From NCBI GenBank assembly GCA_051382295.1, contig JBBCAW010000137.1, positions 1-55,246 of the forward strand: DNA of 55,246 nt. The letters run 5' to 3'. Both the position numbers and the translations under genes were made by a program. The notes below the pieces were generated by a model that worked only from the letters and a program-made list of their open reading frames with translations, had not been told where the DNA came from and made no database searches. This document shows, one piece after another, positions 1 through 8,597 of the stretch. This DNA comes from Bdellovibrionota bacterium FG-1. GTDB lineage: Bacteria; Bdellovibrionota; UBA1018. How positions within the stretch are numbered: the stretch's first letter is position 1; the number at the start of each line of letters is the position of its first letter.

Positions 1-458
1 CCAGAGGTTCCACAGCGACTCACCCACTCCACCAACTGGGGATCGGCATCAACCAAGGCGACATGCGCTTGCGCTTCCGCGGAGGTAAAAATCAAGTGAC
101 CCGGTAACACTCGCGGATAGCCAAAATCGAGCGAAAAAAATGAATCGTGCTGCAAAACCTGTTTGGAAACCACCAAGTCCCCAATCGCTAACTCCGGCGA
201 AACCGCGCCACCCACCCCCAAGAGCAAAACCGCATCGATAGGATGACGATCCGCCACCATCGCCAGCGAGAGCGCCGCATTGACCGGGCCCATGCCAGAG
301 CGGCAAATGTGAACCGTTCGATGGGGAGAAATGTGGGTCCTCAGCTCAATCCCCAGGGAGGGACTCACAATTGAATGACTCCAGTGAGAACTTCCTAGCT
401 CACCCAGTAGCGCCTGTTCTTCTTCGAGCATTGCCGCCAAAACCAACACGTTTTTCAT
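1..458 (-). CDS. mtnN: 5'-methylthioadenosine/S-adenosylhomocysteine nucleosidase (PNP_UDP_1 family), runs off the window edge
   Basis: Not in the ORF track. Manual translation from ATG 458 gives MKNVLVLAAMLEEEQALL...CRSGMGPVNAAL...DAVLLLGVGGAVSPELAIGDLVVSKQVLQHD, matching the MTAN motifs AMxEE, SGxGxVNAA, GxxGA and IGDxVV...QHD. Confidence 0.85.
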   Translation of the reverse strand, partial: MKNVLVLAAMLEEEQALLGELGSSHWSHSIVSPSLGIELRTHISPHRTVHICRSGMGPVNAALSLAMVADRHPIDAVLLLGVGGAVSPELAIGDLVVSKQVLQHDSFFSLDFGYPRVLPGHLIFTSAEAQAHVALVDADPQLVEWVSRCGTS

Positions 459-472
459 TTCTAATGAATTCC

Positions 473-1261
473 CTAAAGAAGGTCCAAGTACGCAACCGCG
501 TTTTGAAAATTAATAATCGCGACTTTATTAGCAGGTGCCAGAGACTTAGTCAAAAACGTCACAATCAAATAATCGCCCGCGAGCGCACCCGAGGCCTGGT
601 AGGAGAGAGAAAGCGGCGAAACCCCTAGGTCTGTGTACAGCGAACGATTCACCCACTTTCCATCAGGACTCCCCTCCTGCATAGCCCCATAGTTATTAGT
701 CATTGGGTGAAAAAAACCAACCAAGAACCCCCCGCTCGCAAGATCAGGAGGGGCATTACCCACATTCGAATAACCACCTTGCGCGACAAATTCGATATGG
801 GCCTTCTTATAAGCCACAAGAACATCAGGAGGAGGAAGGACGAAAGCCAAAGTAACTTGAAGGCTCTTTGAAGCCGGAGCATTAAACTTTTGTGACACCA
901 GGTTACCCGGAAGCCCAATCACATAGTCCTGCCCTTGAAAATCGCCGTTACCCAAGGGAAACGACATCGAAGGAGCGAGCGCGACGCTCGCATCTAAGGC
1001 CACCGAACTAACTTCCTTGAAAAATCCGTACCCCAGCTTAAGTTCAAGCAATACAGGAGTCACCGTCGGCGATGGTGACGGACTCGCAGCCGTGGGTGAA
1101 GGGCTCGGCGCGGGACCGATCGATGGAGTCGTCGTCGGAACGGGAGTATAAATCCACAGATCCTGGTTCACATTCATGCCTTTGCCACAGCCCACCCAAA
1201 GCGTCGCGACCATCAAAGCCGCCAGTCCGAGCACCACCGAAAAGTCACACCTCGGTTTCAT
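473..1261 (-). CDS. Hypothetical lipoprotein with Pro/Ser/Thr-rich linker
   Basis: Hydrophobic N-terminus with lipobox-like LWVGC, then a PSPSPT linker; closely spaced in the operon. Confidence 0.75.
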   Translation of the reverse strand: MKPRCDFSVVLGLAALMVATLWVGCGKGMNVNQDLWIYTPVPTTTPSIGPAPSPSPTAASPSPSPTVTPVLLELKLGYGFFKEVSSVALDASVALAPSMSFPLGNGDFQGQDYVIGLPGNLVSQKFNAPASKSLQVTLAFVLPPPDVLVAYKKAHIEFVAQGGYSNVGNAPPDLASGGFLVGFFHPMTNNYGAMQEGSPDGKWVNRSLYTDLGVSPLSLSYQASGALAGDYLIVTFLTKSLAPANKVAIINFQNAVAYLDLL

Positions 1262-1264
1262 CGG

Positions 1265-2488
1265 TTAAAACCTCAATCCTATGCCGCTCAAAATTTCCAA
1301 CGGCTGCGCTTGACTCATGAACTGAGCCTTAAAAACAGCCCCGCCCACCCAGATCCGCTCGAGCCAAGAGGTTGGTCCAAACTTCCAGCCCAAATTAGCG
1401 CTCAAAGCGGGCCCATCGTAAACGTCCGAACCGGGAACCGCCCATCTTTCGTAGAGCGCGCCGGCTTCCACCTCCAAAGGCCCCGGAAGTCCTAAAGCCA
1501 GCAAAAGTCCTGCCCGGGGAACGATAAAACTTTCGCCCGTCGTTTGTCTTTTGAGTAAAAAACCGCCCAAATAAGCCCGAATCGAAAGCGGCCCGAGCAA
1601 ACGTAACGAAGGATTGAAACTCGCCAAAGGTGAAAAAAACTGGCCGCCGCTTCCTTGAAAAACACCCATTGCGCCAACTCGAAATTGCAGAAGCTGGAGC
1701 CGAGGTTCTGAAGGAATTTCTTTTTCCGGGGACTTTGGGGTCTGCTGGCTAACCTCCGAACCGTGAGATGGATCGGGATCGTCTGACGCCCCCCCGGGCG
1801 CGCCTCCTGATTTTCCACCGTTTTTGGGGAGCTGAACCAACGAATCAATTTCAGGCTGAGAAGCCTTCATTTCTTCGAGATAGGCCTTGGGATTGTAGGG
1901 TTCAGGCGCAGGAACATCCATCGTCGCCCCGATCGTCGCCTGCTGACCCGCAGCCACCGGAGTCCCCTTCCAACTCATCACCTGGCCTTCGTCTTTCGCA
2001 AACTCAACGACGCCCTCGAGAGTATGCAGTTGAGAGCTTCCGCTAGCGGCGTCAAAGCCCGCCACAAATTCCGTCCCGCGCACCCCCATCGTAGCCGTCT
2101 TCGTGCGAATCACAAAGCGGGGCGGCGCTTTTGGATCGGGCTTCGTTTCCTTTTCAATTTGCGCCCGCACCTGTCCCCAATCCAGCTGATTGAACTGCGT
2201 GCCCTCCAGTTTGGGCAAGACTTGAAACTTAGTATCTCTTCCCACAATGATAATCGAGTCATCAGGGTACTTGATTCGCGCGGCAGACCGGGAACTGGTC
2301 TGAACCGATTGCCAAAAAGGCACGTCATCCCCTTGGGCGAGCCTTCGCGGGGGAGCCTCCGCGCTAATCGCAAACACCACCCCATCTCCAGCTAGGCTCT
2401 CAACATGAACGGATTCGGACGCCGCGCCCGCAGCCGCCCAGGCGAAAAAAGAAAGAAAAACGAGAACAGGGAACCGAAAAAACAGCAT
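1265..2488 (-). CDS. FecR-domain protein with probable C-terminal outer-membrane beta-barrel
   Basis: Signal peptide; FecR motifs (LAQGDDV..., G-x-VRA, IRTKTATMGVRGTEF, LEGVVEF); amphipathic C-terminal strands ending GIGLRF. ATG 2488 overlaps the gltG stop (TGATG). Confidence 0.8.
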   Translation of the reverse strand: MLFFRFPVLVFLSFFAWAAAGAASESVHVESLAGDGVVFAISAEAPPRRLAQGDDVPFWQSVQTSSRSAARIKYPDDSIIIVGRDTKFQVLPKLEGTQFNQLDWGQVRAQIEKETKPDPKAPPRFVIRTKTATMGVRGTEFVAGFDAASGSSQLHTLEGVVEFAKDEGQVMSWKGTPVAAGQQATIGATMDVPAPEPYNPKAYLEEMKASQPEIDSLVQLPKNGGKSGGAPGGASDDPDPSHGSEVSQQTPKSPEKEIPSEPRLQLLQFRVGAMGVFQGSGGQFFSPLASFNPSLRLLGPLSIRAYLGGFLLKRQTTGESFIVPRAGLLLALGLPGPLEVEAGALYERWAVPGSDVYDGPALSANLGWKFGPTSWLERIWVGGAVFKAQFMSQAQPLEILSGIGLRF

Positions 2489-4554
2489 CAATGCCCAATA
2501 GGTGAAAATTTAAAGGGATAGGCTACCTGAACCAAGCCGCCGCCGCGCGGCATCGGAAAATCAATTCGCTTCATCACCGTCAATACGCAACGCTCAATAT
2601 TGGCGTTTTTGATCGAAGAGGATTCAATCCCCGCTTCAGTCACTCGTCCCGTCGATCCAATGACAAAAGTCGTCCCGATTCGGCCGCCGATATTAGGGTG
2701 CTCCGCATTGATTTCGCGTTCATAGCAAAGACGAAACTCATCCTGATGGGCACGAATGGCAGCATCAATCGCGTTAGCGTCAATAGATCCCATGACTACC
2801 GTTTCTTCGTTGCCTCCACTGCGAATAGCGACACGCGCTTGGCCCCCTAAGATACCCGTGCCGTTACCCGCAGCGCCGAGGCCCGTTCCCACTTTGCCAA
2901 ACCCGCGCCCCCGGTTGCCTAATCCAGCAGAGAGATCCGAAGTACCGCCACCGCCCTTCCCATTACCCGAAAGAGCCAATCCGCCATTTCCTTGGGTGGC
3001 AAAACCGCCCAAACCTTTGAGCGAATCGCCCGACTTTCCGAGTTGGGCGCCGGCATTTCCAAGAATATTTTCAATCTTGCCCGTGGCACCTTTCAGAAAA
3101 TCGACATTTCCAATATCTGCCACTTCGCTATGGCCACCGCCCGCGCCTTTGCCACCATTCGGACTCGGTACGGCGGCCTTGTTTTGCGGAGTTTTATCCG
3201 CTGGCGCGTGAAGAGTGCCACGCTTTCCTTCAGGACCAGAATGACGGGCACCCTCGCCTTCTTTGGCCTCGCTCTGCCCCTTCGAAGGAGCAGGACGCTT
3301 GCTCACCACGGCTACCTTGCTCGGTTTACTTCCCACGTTCATTTCCTTGGGAATCGGGTGCTTCGCCGAATTGGCATCAGGATGAATTTCAACTTTATGC
3401 GTTACCTGAGGCCGGGGTTGAGCGGGCGGTGCAGGTTGAGAAACCGCTGGGGCGACCGGCGCTTGCCTGATCGGTTCGGGTTTAACTCGGACCGCATATT
3501 TTTCAGGCTGATACAAAATCGTGGCCAATCGCTCCGGAATTTGTTCCGCCTCCAAGGACGGAACCACCCGCATCGTCCCGAGTCCATACAAAGTCACCAG
3601 CGTGAACAAAAGTGAGGCGGTAAAAATCTTTCGGAATAACGAATCGCGTTCCAAAACACGCGACCGTTTCAGCCGGGGTGGGGCATCAGTAAAGGAAAGA
3701 AAAAAGTCAACTTCACCCACCGACACCTTCGCAAAGTCCTCACGCTCGATATTAACCGGATAACCCACGGAGGTCTTCACGACAGAGCTCCGAGCCTCAT
3801 CGAGCGTCTTAAGACTTCCCCGACGTTGAATCACGCCCCTCATACTCGGATCAAGATTGAGTACAAAATTATCGCCTGTTCGGGTGACGATGGGATGCTC
3901 GGCCGCCGCCAAAAGAGGCGGAATCGCAAAATCATCTCTTTGCTTCACACCAATCACGATTTGTTTTTGCGCGACAAAATGTTCGATATCCAAAATACTG
4001 CCATGCCAAGACATGACGACTTCGAGCGCCGTTTTAGCCGCAGGCCGATAGTCAAAAATATCGTCAACCTCCGACGATTCCTCCAGAAGAAGTGGCTTAA
4101 AATCCTCATCCGGATTTAAAAAAAGTTTTCGTCCCTCGGTTTCGCGAATCCGATCCTTGGCCACTTGCGAAATCGCCTGCCCACGTTCTTCCACCGCGAA
4201 CCGAATGCGATTGAGCCCCACCGTGATTTCATCACCGTTTTTAAGTGCCGCCGTGACCACCTTGGTGCCATTGACAAAGACGCCAGTCTCACTGGCTAGA
4301 TCATAAATCATGGGCTCGGGAACCAGTTCAACCACGGCATGAATCGGAGCGACCCCATCCCCAGTCAGCCTCACATCGGCGGAAATCACGCTTCCGATGA
4401 CCACCCGGTCTTTGTCCAATCGAAAGGTGCGGCTCTCACCCGGGAGCCCCCCGGTCATAATCACCACTTTGCGTTCTTGGGCCGCAATGGCATCGCGCGC
4501 CGCCCGTAAATGCTGATTTTTATCTAATGTCGTTTTATTTGAATCGTGGGTCAT
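2488..4554 (-). CDS. gltG: GltG/PglI-like gliding protein: FHA domain, TM helix, Pro/Gly-rich periplasmic linker, AgmX/PglI TonB-C-like domain
   Basis: FHA-like region (VIGS...HAVVE...DLASETGVFVNG), single TM, Gly-rich GxGxG stretch, C-terminal FRLCYE...F.IG..G.V...CV...IDFP.PRGG..V.V.YPF; position in a glt cluster. Confidence 0.85.
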   Translation of the reverse strand: MTHDSNKTTLDKNQHLRAARDAIAAQERKVVIMTGGLPGESRTFRLDKDRVVIGSVISADVRLTGDGVAPIHAVVELVPEPMIYDLASETGVFVNGTKVVTAALKNGDEITVGLNRIRFAVEERGQAISQVAKDRIRETEGRKLFLNPDEDFKPLLLEESSEVDDIFDYRPAAKTALEVVMSWHGSILDIEHFVAQKQIVIGVKQRDDFAIPPLLAAAEHPIVTRTGDNFVLNLDPSMRGVIQRRGSLKTLDEARSSVVKTSVGYPVNIEREDFAKVSVGEVDFFLSFTDAPPRLKRSRVLERDSLFRKIFTASLLFTLVTLYGLGTMRVVPSLEAEQIPERLATILYQPEKYAVRVKPEPIRQAPVAPAVSQPAPPAQPRPQVTHKVEIHPDANSAKHPIPKEMNVGSKPSKVAVVSKRPAPSKGQSEAKEGEGARHSGPEGKRGTLHAPADKTPQNKAAVPSPNGGKGAGGGHSEVADIGNVDFLKGATGKIENILGNAGAQLGKSGDSLKGLGGFATQGNGGLALSGNGKGGGGTSDLSAGLGNRGRGFGKVGTGLGAAGNGTGILGGQARVAIRSGGNEETVVMGSIDANAIDAAIRAHQDEFRLCYEREINAEHPNIGGRIGTTFVIGSTGRVTEAGIESSSIKNANIERCVLTVMKRIDFPMPRGGGLVQVAYPFKFSPIGH

Positions 4555-4560
4555 TTAGCC

Positions 4561-4911
4561 TCACTTGCTCAAGACAACGTCCCGAAGCATCTCCTGATGG
4601 AAGTTTTTTCGTCGTTTCACGAGTGAATCGAATTTTTCTTCATTGCGGTGCTGAAAATAGAACTCCCCGGGACTCCGCACCTCGCCCTGAAGTTTGAGCC
4701 CCTCAAAATCGAGGTCTGTGTGCTTGGGATAAATCACACGGGGGGTTTTTACACCCCCCTCACCGGCAGCACGAGCCGACTTCGAATAAGCGAGCCCGGC
4801 CGCAAAAGCCAGCCCTCCGATCAAAGTCAAGACCGCTACAAAACCCATCTTTCGATATAAATCTTGGCGATATAAATCCTGGTTAAAATGACCTTGTTTT
4901 TCCGTGATCAC
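4561..4911 (-). CDS. gltF: GltF/CglF-like small secreted gliding protein
   Basis: LDFEGLKLQGEVRSPG...KFDSLVKRRKNFHQEM resembles the CglF/GltF motif; lies just upstream of gltG. Confidence 0.75.
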   Translation of the reverse strand: MITEKQGHFNQDLYRQDLYRKMGFVAVLTLIGGLAFAAGLAYSKSARAAGEGGVKTPRVIYPKHTDLDFEGLKLQGEVRSPGEFYFQHRNEEKFDSLVKRRKNFHQEMLRDVVLSK

Positions 4912-7900
4912 TTACTTCCCCCTCCCGCGCAAAAATCCCGAAGTCTCTCTGCTGACTCTCGTTCAAAGCCCACGAGCTGGCCAAAATTCAGATCCGAAAT
5001 TCGACTCGCGCACGACTTCGTCCGTGCGGCCTCATGGAAAATCCCCGCAAAACGCGAGGCCACCGCACCCGCCTCCCGCGCGTGCTGAAACGCGGCGATC
5101 GCGGCCTCGTTTTGCCCCAGCCCTTGAAGGGCAATCCCCTGCCCATCATAGGCATCCGCCGGCTGGGAGCGGGTCAAAACCTGATCCCATAACGGCTTCG
5201 CTCTTTCGAAAAGCCGGAAATAATTGAGCACTGCTGCCCGATTCATTTTGGCAGGCAAGAAAAACTCATCCTGGGCGATGGCTTCACGAAAGAGTGCATT
5301 TGCTTCAGAAGCGGCGCTCCAGTTCTCTTCGCCTTCCACGCTCAAAAGCACGACTGCACGGTTATTTAACGCACCCGGAATACGTGAATTGAGTGAAAGA
5401 GCGCGATCATAGGCAATGCGTGCGGCCTCCGGCCGGCCCTCTCCCCAGAGAAGATTGCCATAATCCACCCAGGCCCCCCCATCTTGCGGGTTTTTTCCGA
5501 GGCGTTCCCTCACCTTTTCGAAAGCTACAACTTTGCCCAAATCACCGCCATCGGCAGCGATTCCAGCGAGGCGAAAGTGTCCTCGATACCCCTGCGCCCG
5601 CGGTCGGGATTCAGTCGAGCTCGCCAAATGATCGGCTAACTCAGGCAAGGCGGGACTCAACGTTTCGTTAGCCAAAGCTTTGGCGTAGCCCTCGGCCCAA
5701 GTCGTCACGGCCTTTTTACGCAAAGGTGCGCTCACGCCAGCCAGATTTGCACGAAAACGGGTTACCGCATCCGGATCTGCCGCTGCCGGTGGGGCTATAT
5801 GATCCACTTCATCCGCAAAATTCACCGCCCAATTGGCCAACCTTGCGAGGGCCGCTACCGCCCAGGGACCTCCGGCATCGACTGCCGAAACATAAGCGCG
5901 GCTCAGCGGCTCCAAGAAATCCATTCGTTGCTGCAAAGCCTTTTTGAGCTGAGCTTCCGGCATTTCGAGCCGGTCAAACTTTGTCTCTGTTTCCATCAGT
6001 TCAGCCAAGCGATAGCGTGCGTACCCGACATAAGGCGAGATCACGATCGAGGCACCCGATGCGTGAACTGGCGCGGCCGCTTGAGCGCGACCATTTTTTG
6101 CGTTCTTTTTCAGTTTTTTCTGTTTTTTCAGTTTAGGTTGTTTTTCAAGGACGGCCGGGGCTTGGGCTCCCAATGCCGCGACCTTGTGATATTGAGCCTT
6201 GGCCTGGGACCAATCCAAAATTCGCGCGTAAAGATCTCCAAGCCTTGCCCCACATTCGGCCTGAAAGGCATAGGGCCCATTCATGCAGTTTTTATAGGCA
6301 GCGGCGGCTTGAGGGTCCAGCCGGGCTTGATCTTGGGATCGCCCCAACACCAGAGCGACCGCCGGCCGATGTGCGTGCGTTGGGAAACGCTCCAGAAAGG
6401 AAACCCAAAGCTGCTGAGCATGAGCCCGATCCCCAGCGGCCTCGAACACTCTAGCTGCGGTTTCAAGCGACTCCGGATCACCGGCGTCCCGGCCCAAGCG
6501 CTCAAAAAGTTTGCCGGTGGTTTCAAACTTACCCGCGATCAAAAGCTGAGTCGCCGCAGAGCGAATCGCCTCCACCGCCCCCGCATTTTTAGGGTAGCGC
6601 TGGAGCCAACGTCCCGAAACGCGGTCGATCGACTCAGCATCGCCTACCTTCAGAAAACTGGTCAAGGCATTGCCATAGGCCTTTTCAGCTAAGTTATGAT
6701 CGGTGGTCTCCCCCGCAAAGGCCTCATAACTTCGTCCGGCACCGGCAAAGTCGTTATTCTTTTCTTCCTGAGCAATCGTGCCGATTTTCAGACGTACTTC
6801 TTGATCCGACAATTGGGCCCGAAGCTTACCCCCATTCTCGGCATCAAAGGCAAGAAGGGCGTCACTCGCGCGAATCAGCTTCAAAGTCTCGCGGAGTCCC
6901 TCGGTATCCCCTTCGCTTCCCAGTTGAAGCCATAATTTTGCCGCAGTCAACGCCTGGCTCGACCGAGGCCAACGAGCCAGAATGGCTTGAAGGCGTTTAA
7001 CCGTATTTTTTTGGGTATTTTTATAACCGGCCAAAACCTCGGCGGCACGCAGAGCGCTCTCACGTCCCTCATTCGCCTCGCCCATCGCATCAGCGAGGCG
7101 GTCCGCAGCATCCACAAACTCCAGCTCGAGCGCGGAGGGGTCGGTCCCCTTGGTTCCCACTCCACCTTTGGCAGCACGCCGAATCGCCTCGGAAAGGCTG
7201 GCAGTCCAAAGTGCGCCGGCCTCCTTGGCATAGCGCTTGTCTTTGGATTCGACAACCAAGCGGTACAACTGGGAGGCATCACGTGAATAGCCTAGCTCGC
7301 GTTTGACTTCGGCCAAATACATTCGAATCTCCGGAGTCTCGTTCCGAGGATCCTCCGACCGTAAAAACAAATTCAAATAGGCCCCATAATAGCTTTCGGC
7401 AATTAAAAGATCTGCTCGATTGGCACTTTTACGATACTTTTCATGATGTTCAGTAGCGGTCCTTCGAATCATCGCCCGCAGATTTTGCGCCGCCACCACG
7501 GTTTCATTTTCGCCCGTCTTAGGAATTTCCACCCCGTTCAATCGAACGAGTGCCTCTTTGAAATGCCGTTGCCGCAAATCCAGATCCACCAATTTAACCC
7601 GCACTCGAAACCCAGCCTCGGTGTTGGGATGGGTTTTAAGAAGCGACTCATACACTTGGGTCGCCTTGGCCGGTTCGACATTCCGCTCATATTGTTTGCC
7701 CAAGCGCTCCAATATTTTAGGGAAAAACTGTTTATCGTTGGAAACTTCACCAAAGTATTGAATGGCCTCTTCGACCTTGCCGGTTTCGGTCATAAAAATG
7801 GCCATGTCCCGCAGAGCTTCTTCACGAAGCGATAAAAACTTCTCGCCACTTTTTTGGGCACTGGAAATAGCGAGCCTCATGGTTTGCACGGCTGAATCGT

Positions 7901-8597
7901 ATTGGCGAGTACGATAATAGCTCCAGGCTAACTTATGATAAACGTGCGGTAGGGTCTCAGTATTGCCCTGTTTGGCGGCCATTTCATAATACGATTGCGC
8001 CTTCTTAAACTGACCATGCTCGAAAGACTCATCCCCCAGTTCCTTGTAAGCCTCGCCGACATACGGGCTTTGCGGATATTGCCGTGCCAGTTGGTCGAAG
8101 TACCGCACGCTCTGAGTGCGATCACCCATCTCAGAATAGTTAAACCCCAGAAAATAGTAAACTTGGTCTACTTTAGCGTACGGAATCCTGAAACTGAGAA
8201 TTTCTTTACAAGCCTGGATCCCCAGTCCCAGGCTCGGCCGTGAATGCGAATGATCGATCAGCCGATCGGGTTGCCCTTTCTCTAAACGTTTTTCGTGAAC
8301 CCGACCTTCCAAAATATAATCGGCTCGGTAGGCCTCTAAGTAGATTTCCGCCAACCGCAAATAAAGATCCGCGCGCCGATTGTTGGGCGAACGTCGACCG
8401 AGCGCGATTCGTAGCTGGGTCACTTCTTGTTGTCTGAGCTCGCGAATCTTTCCTTCATCCGAAGTTTCGACCGAACGTAATTCAGATGCTTGATAACCCC
8501 CGACCGCCGCCCAAGAACCCGGCAGCCAAGCCGTCATACTGAGGCCCAGGCTGAGTAGGCCGAAAAGCGCGGTTGGAGCGGTCATTCTAATTTTCAT
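4908..8597 (-). CDS. gltD: Large secreted TPR protein, GltD/AgmU-like, with an additional C-terminal GltE/AglT-like TPR region
   Basis: Signal peptide from ATG 8597 (GAGGTGG upstream); many TPRs; AgmU-like motifs (DLYLRLAEIY.E, YKLAW-like HKLAWSYY, LREEALRD); cluster position. Confidence 0.75.
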   Translation of the reverse strand: MKIRMTAPTALFGLLSLGLSMTAWLPGSWAAVGGYQASELRSVETSDEGKIRELRQQEVTQLRIALGRRSPNNRRADLYLRLAEIYLEAYRADYILEGRVHEKRLEKGQPDRLIDHSHSRPSLGLGIQACKEILSFRIPYAKVDQVYYFLGFNYSEMGDRTQSVRYFDQLARQYPQSPYVGEAYKELGDESFEHGQFKKAQSYYEMAAKQGNTETLPHVYHKLAWSYYRTRQYDSAVQTMRLAISSAQKSGEKFLSLREEALRDMAIFMTETGKVEEAIQYFGEVSNDKQFFPKILERLGKQYERNVEPAKATQVYESLLKTHPNTEAGFRVRVKLVDLDLRQRHFKEALVRLNGVEIPKTGENETVVAAQNLRAMIRRTATEHHEKYRKSANRADLLIAESYYGAYLNLFLRSEDPRNETPEIRMYLAEVKRELGYSRDASQLYRLVVESKDKRYAKEAGALWTASLSEAIRRAAKGGVGTKGTDPSALELEFVDAADRLADAMGEANEGRESALRAAEVLAGYKNTQKNTVKRLQAILARWPRSSQALTAAKLWLQLGSEGDTEGLRETLKLIRASDALLAFDAENGGKLRAQLSDQEVRLKIGTIAQEEKNNDFAGAGRSYEAFAGETTDHNLAEKAYGNALTSFLKVGDAESIDRVSGRWLQRYPKNAGAVEAIRSAATQLLIAGKFETTGKLFERLGRDAGDPESLETAARVFEAAGDRAHAQQLWVSFLERFPTHAHRPAVALVLGRSQDQARLDPQAAAAYKNCMNGPYAFQAECGARLGDLYARILDWSQAKAQYHKVAALGAQAPAVLEKQPKLKKQKKLKKNAKNGRAQAAAPVHASGASIVISPYVGYARYRLAELMETETKFDRLEMPEAQLKKALQQRMDFLEPLSRAYVSAVDAGGPWAVAALARLANWAVNFADEVDHIAPPAAADPDAVTRFRANLAGVSAPLRKKAVTTWAEGYAKALANETLSPALPELADHLASSTESRPRAQGYRGHFRLAGIAADGGDLGKVVAFEKVRERLGKNPQDGGAWVDYGNLLWGEGRPEAARIAYDRALSLNSRIPGALNNRAVVLLSVEGEENWSAASEANALFREAIAQDEFFLPAKMNRAAVLNYFRLFERAKPLWDQVLTRSQPADAYDGQGIALQGLGQNEAAIAAFQHAREAGAVASRFAGIFHEAARTKSCASRISDLNFGQLVGFERESAERLRDFCAGGGSK

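Noticed and set aside
49..628. ORF-track entries 49..306 (-) and 371..628 (+)
   Set aside because: Alternative frames overlapping the real mtnN frame (1..458) and the lipoprotein gene.
5799..6692. 297-aa plus-strand ORF, and similar ones at 15323..16117, 21817..22413 and 25142..25741
   Set aside because: Antisense to well-supported genes in fairly GC-rich DNA; no motifs.
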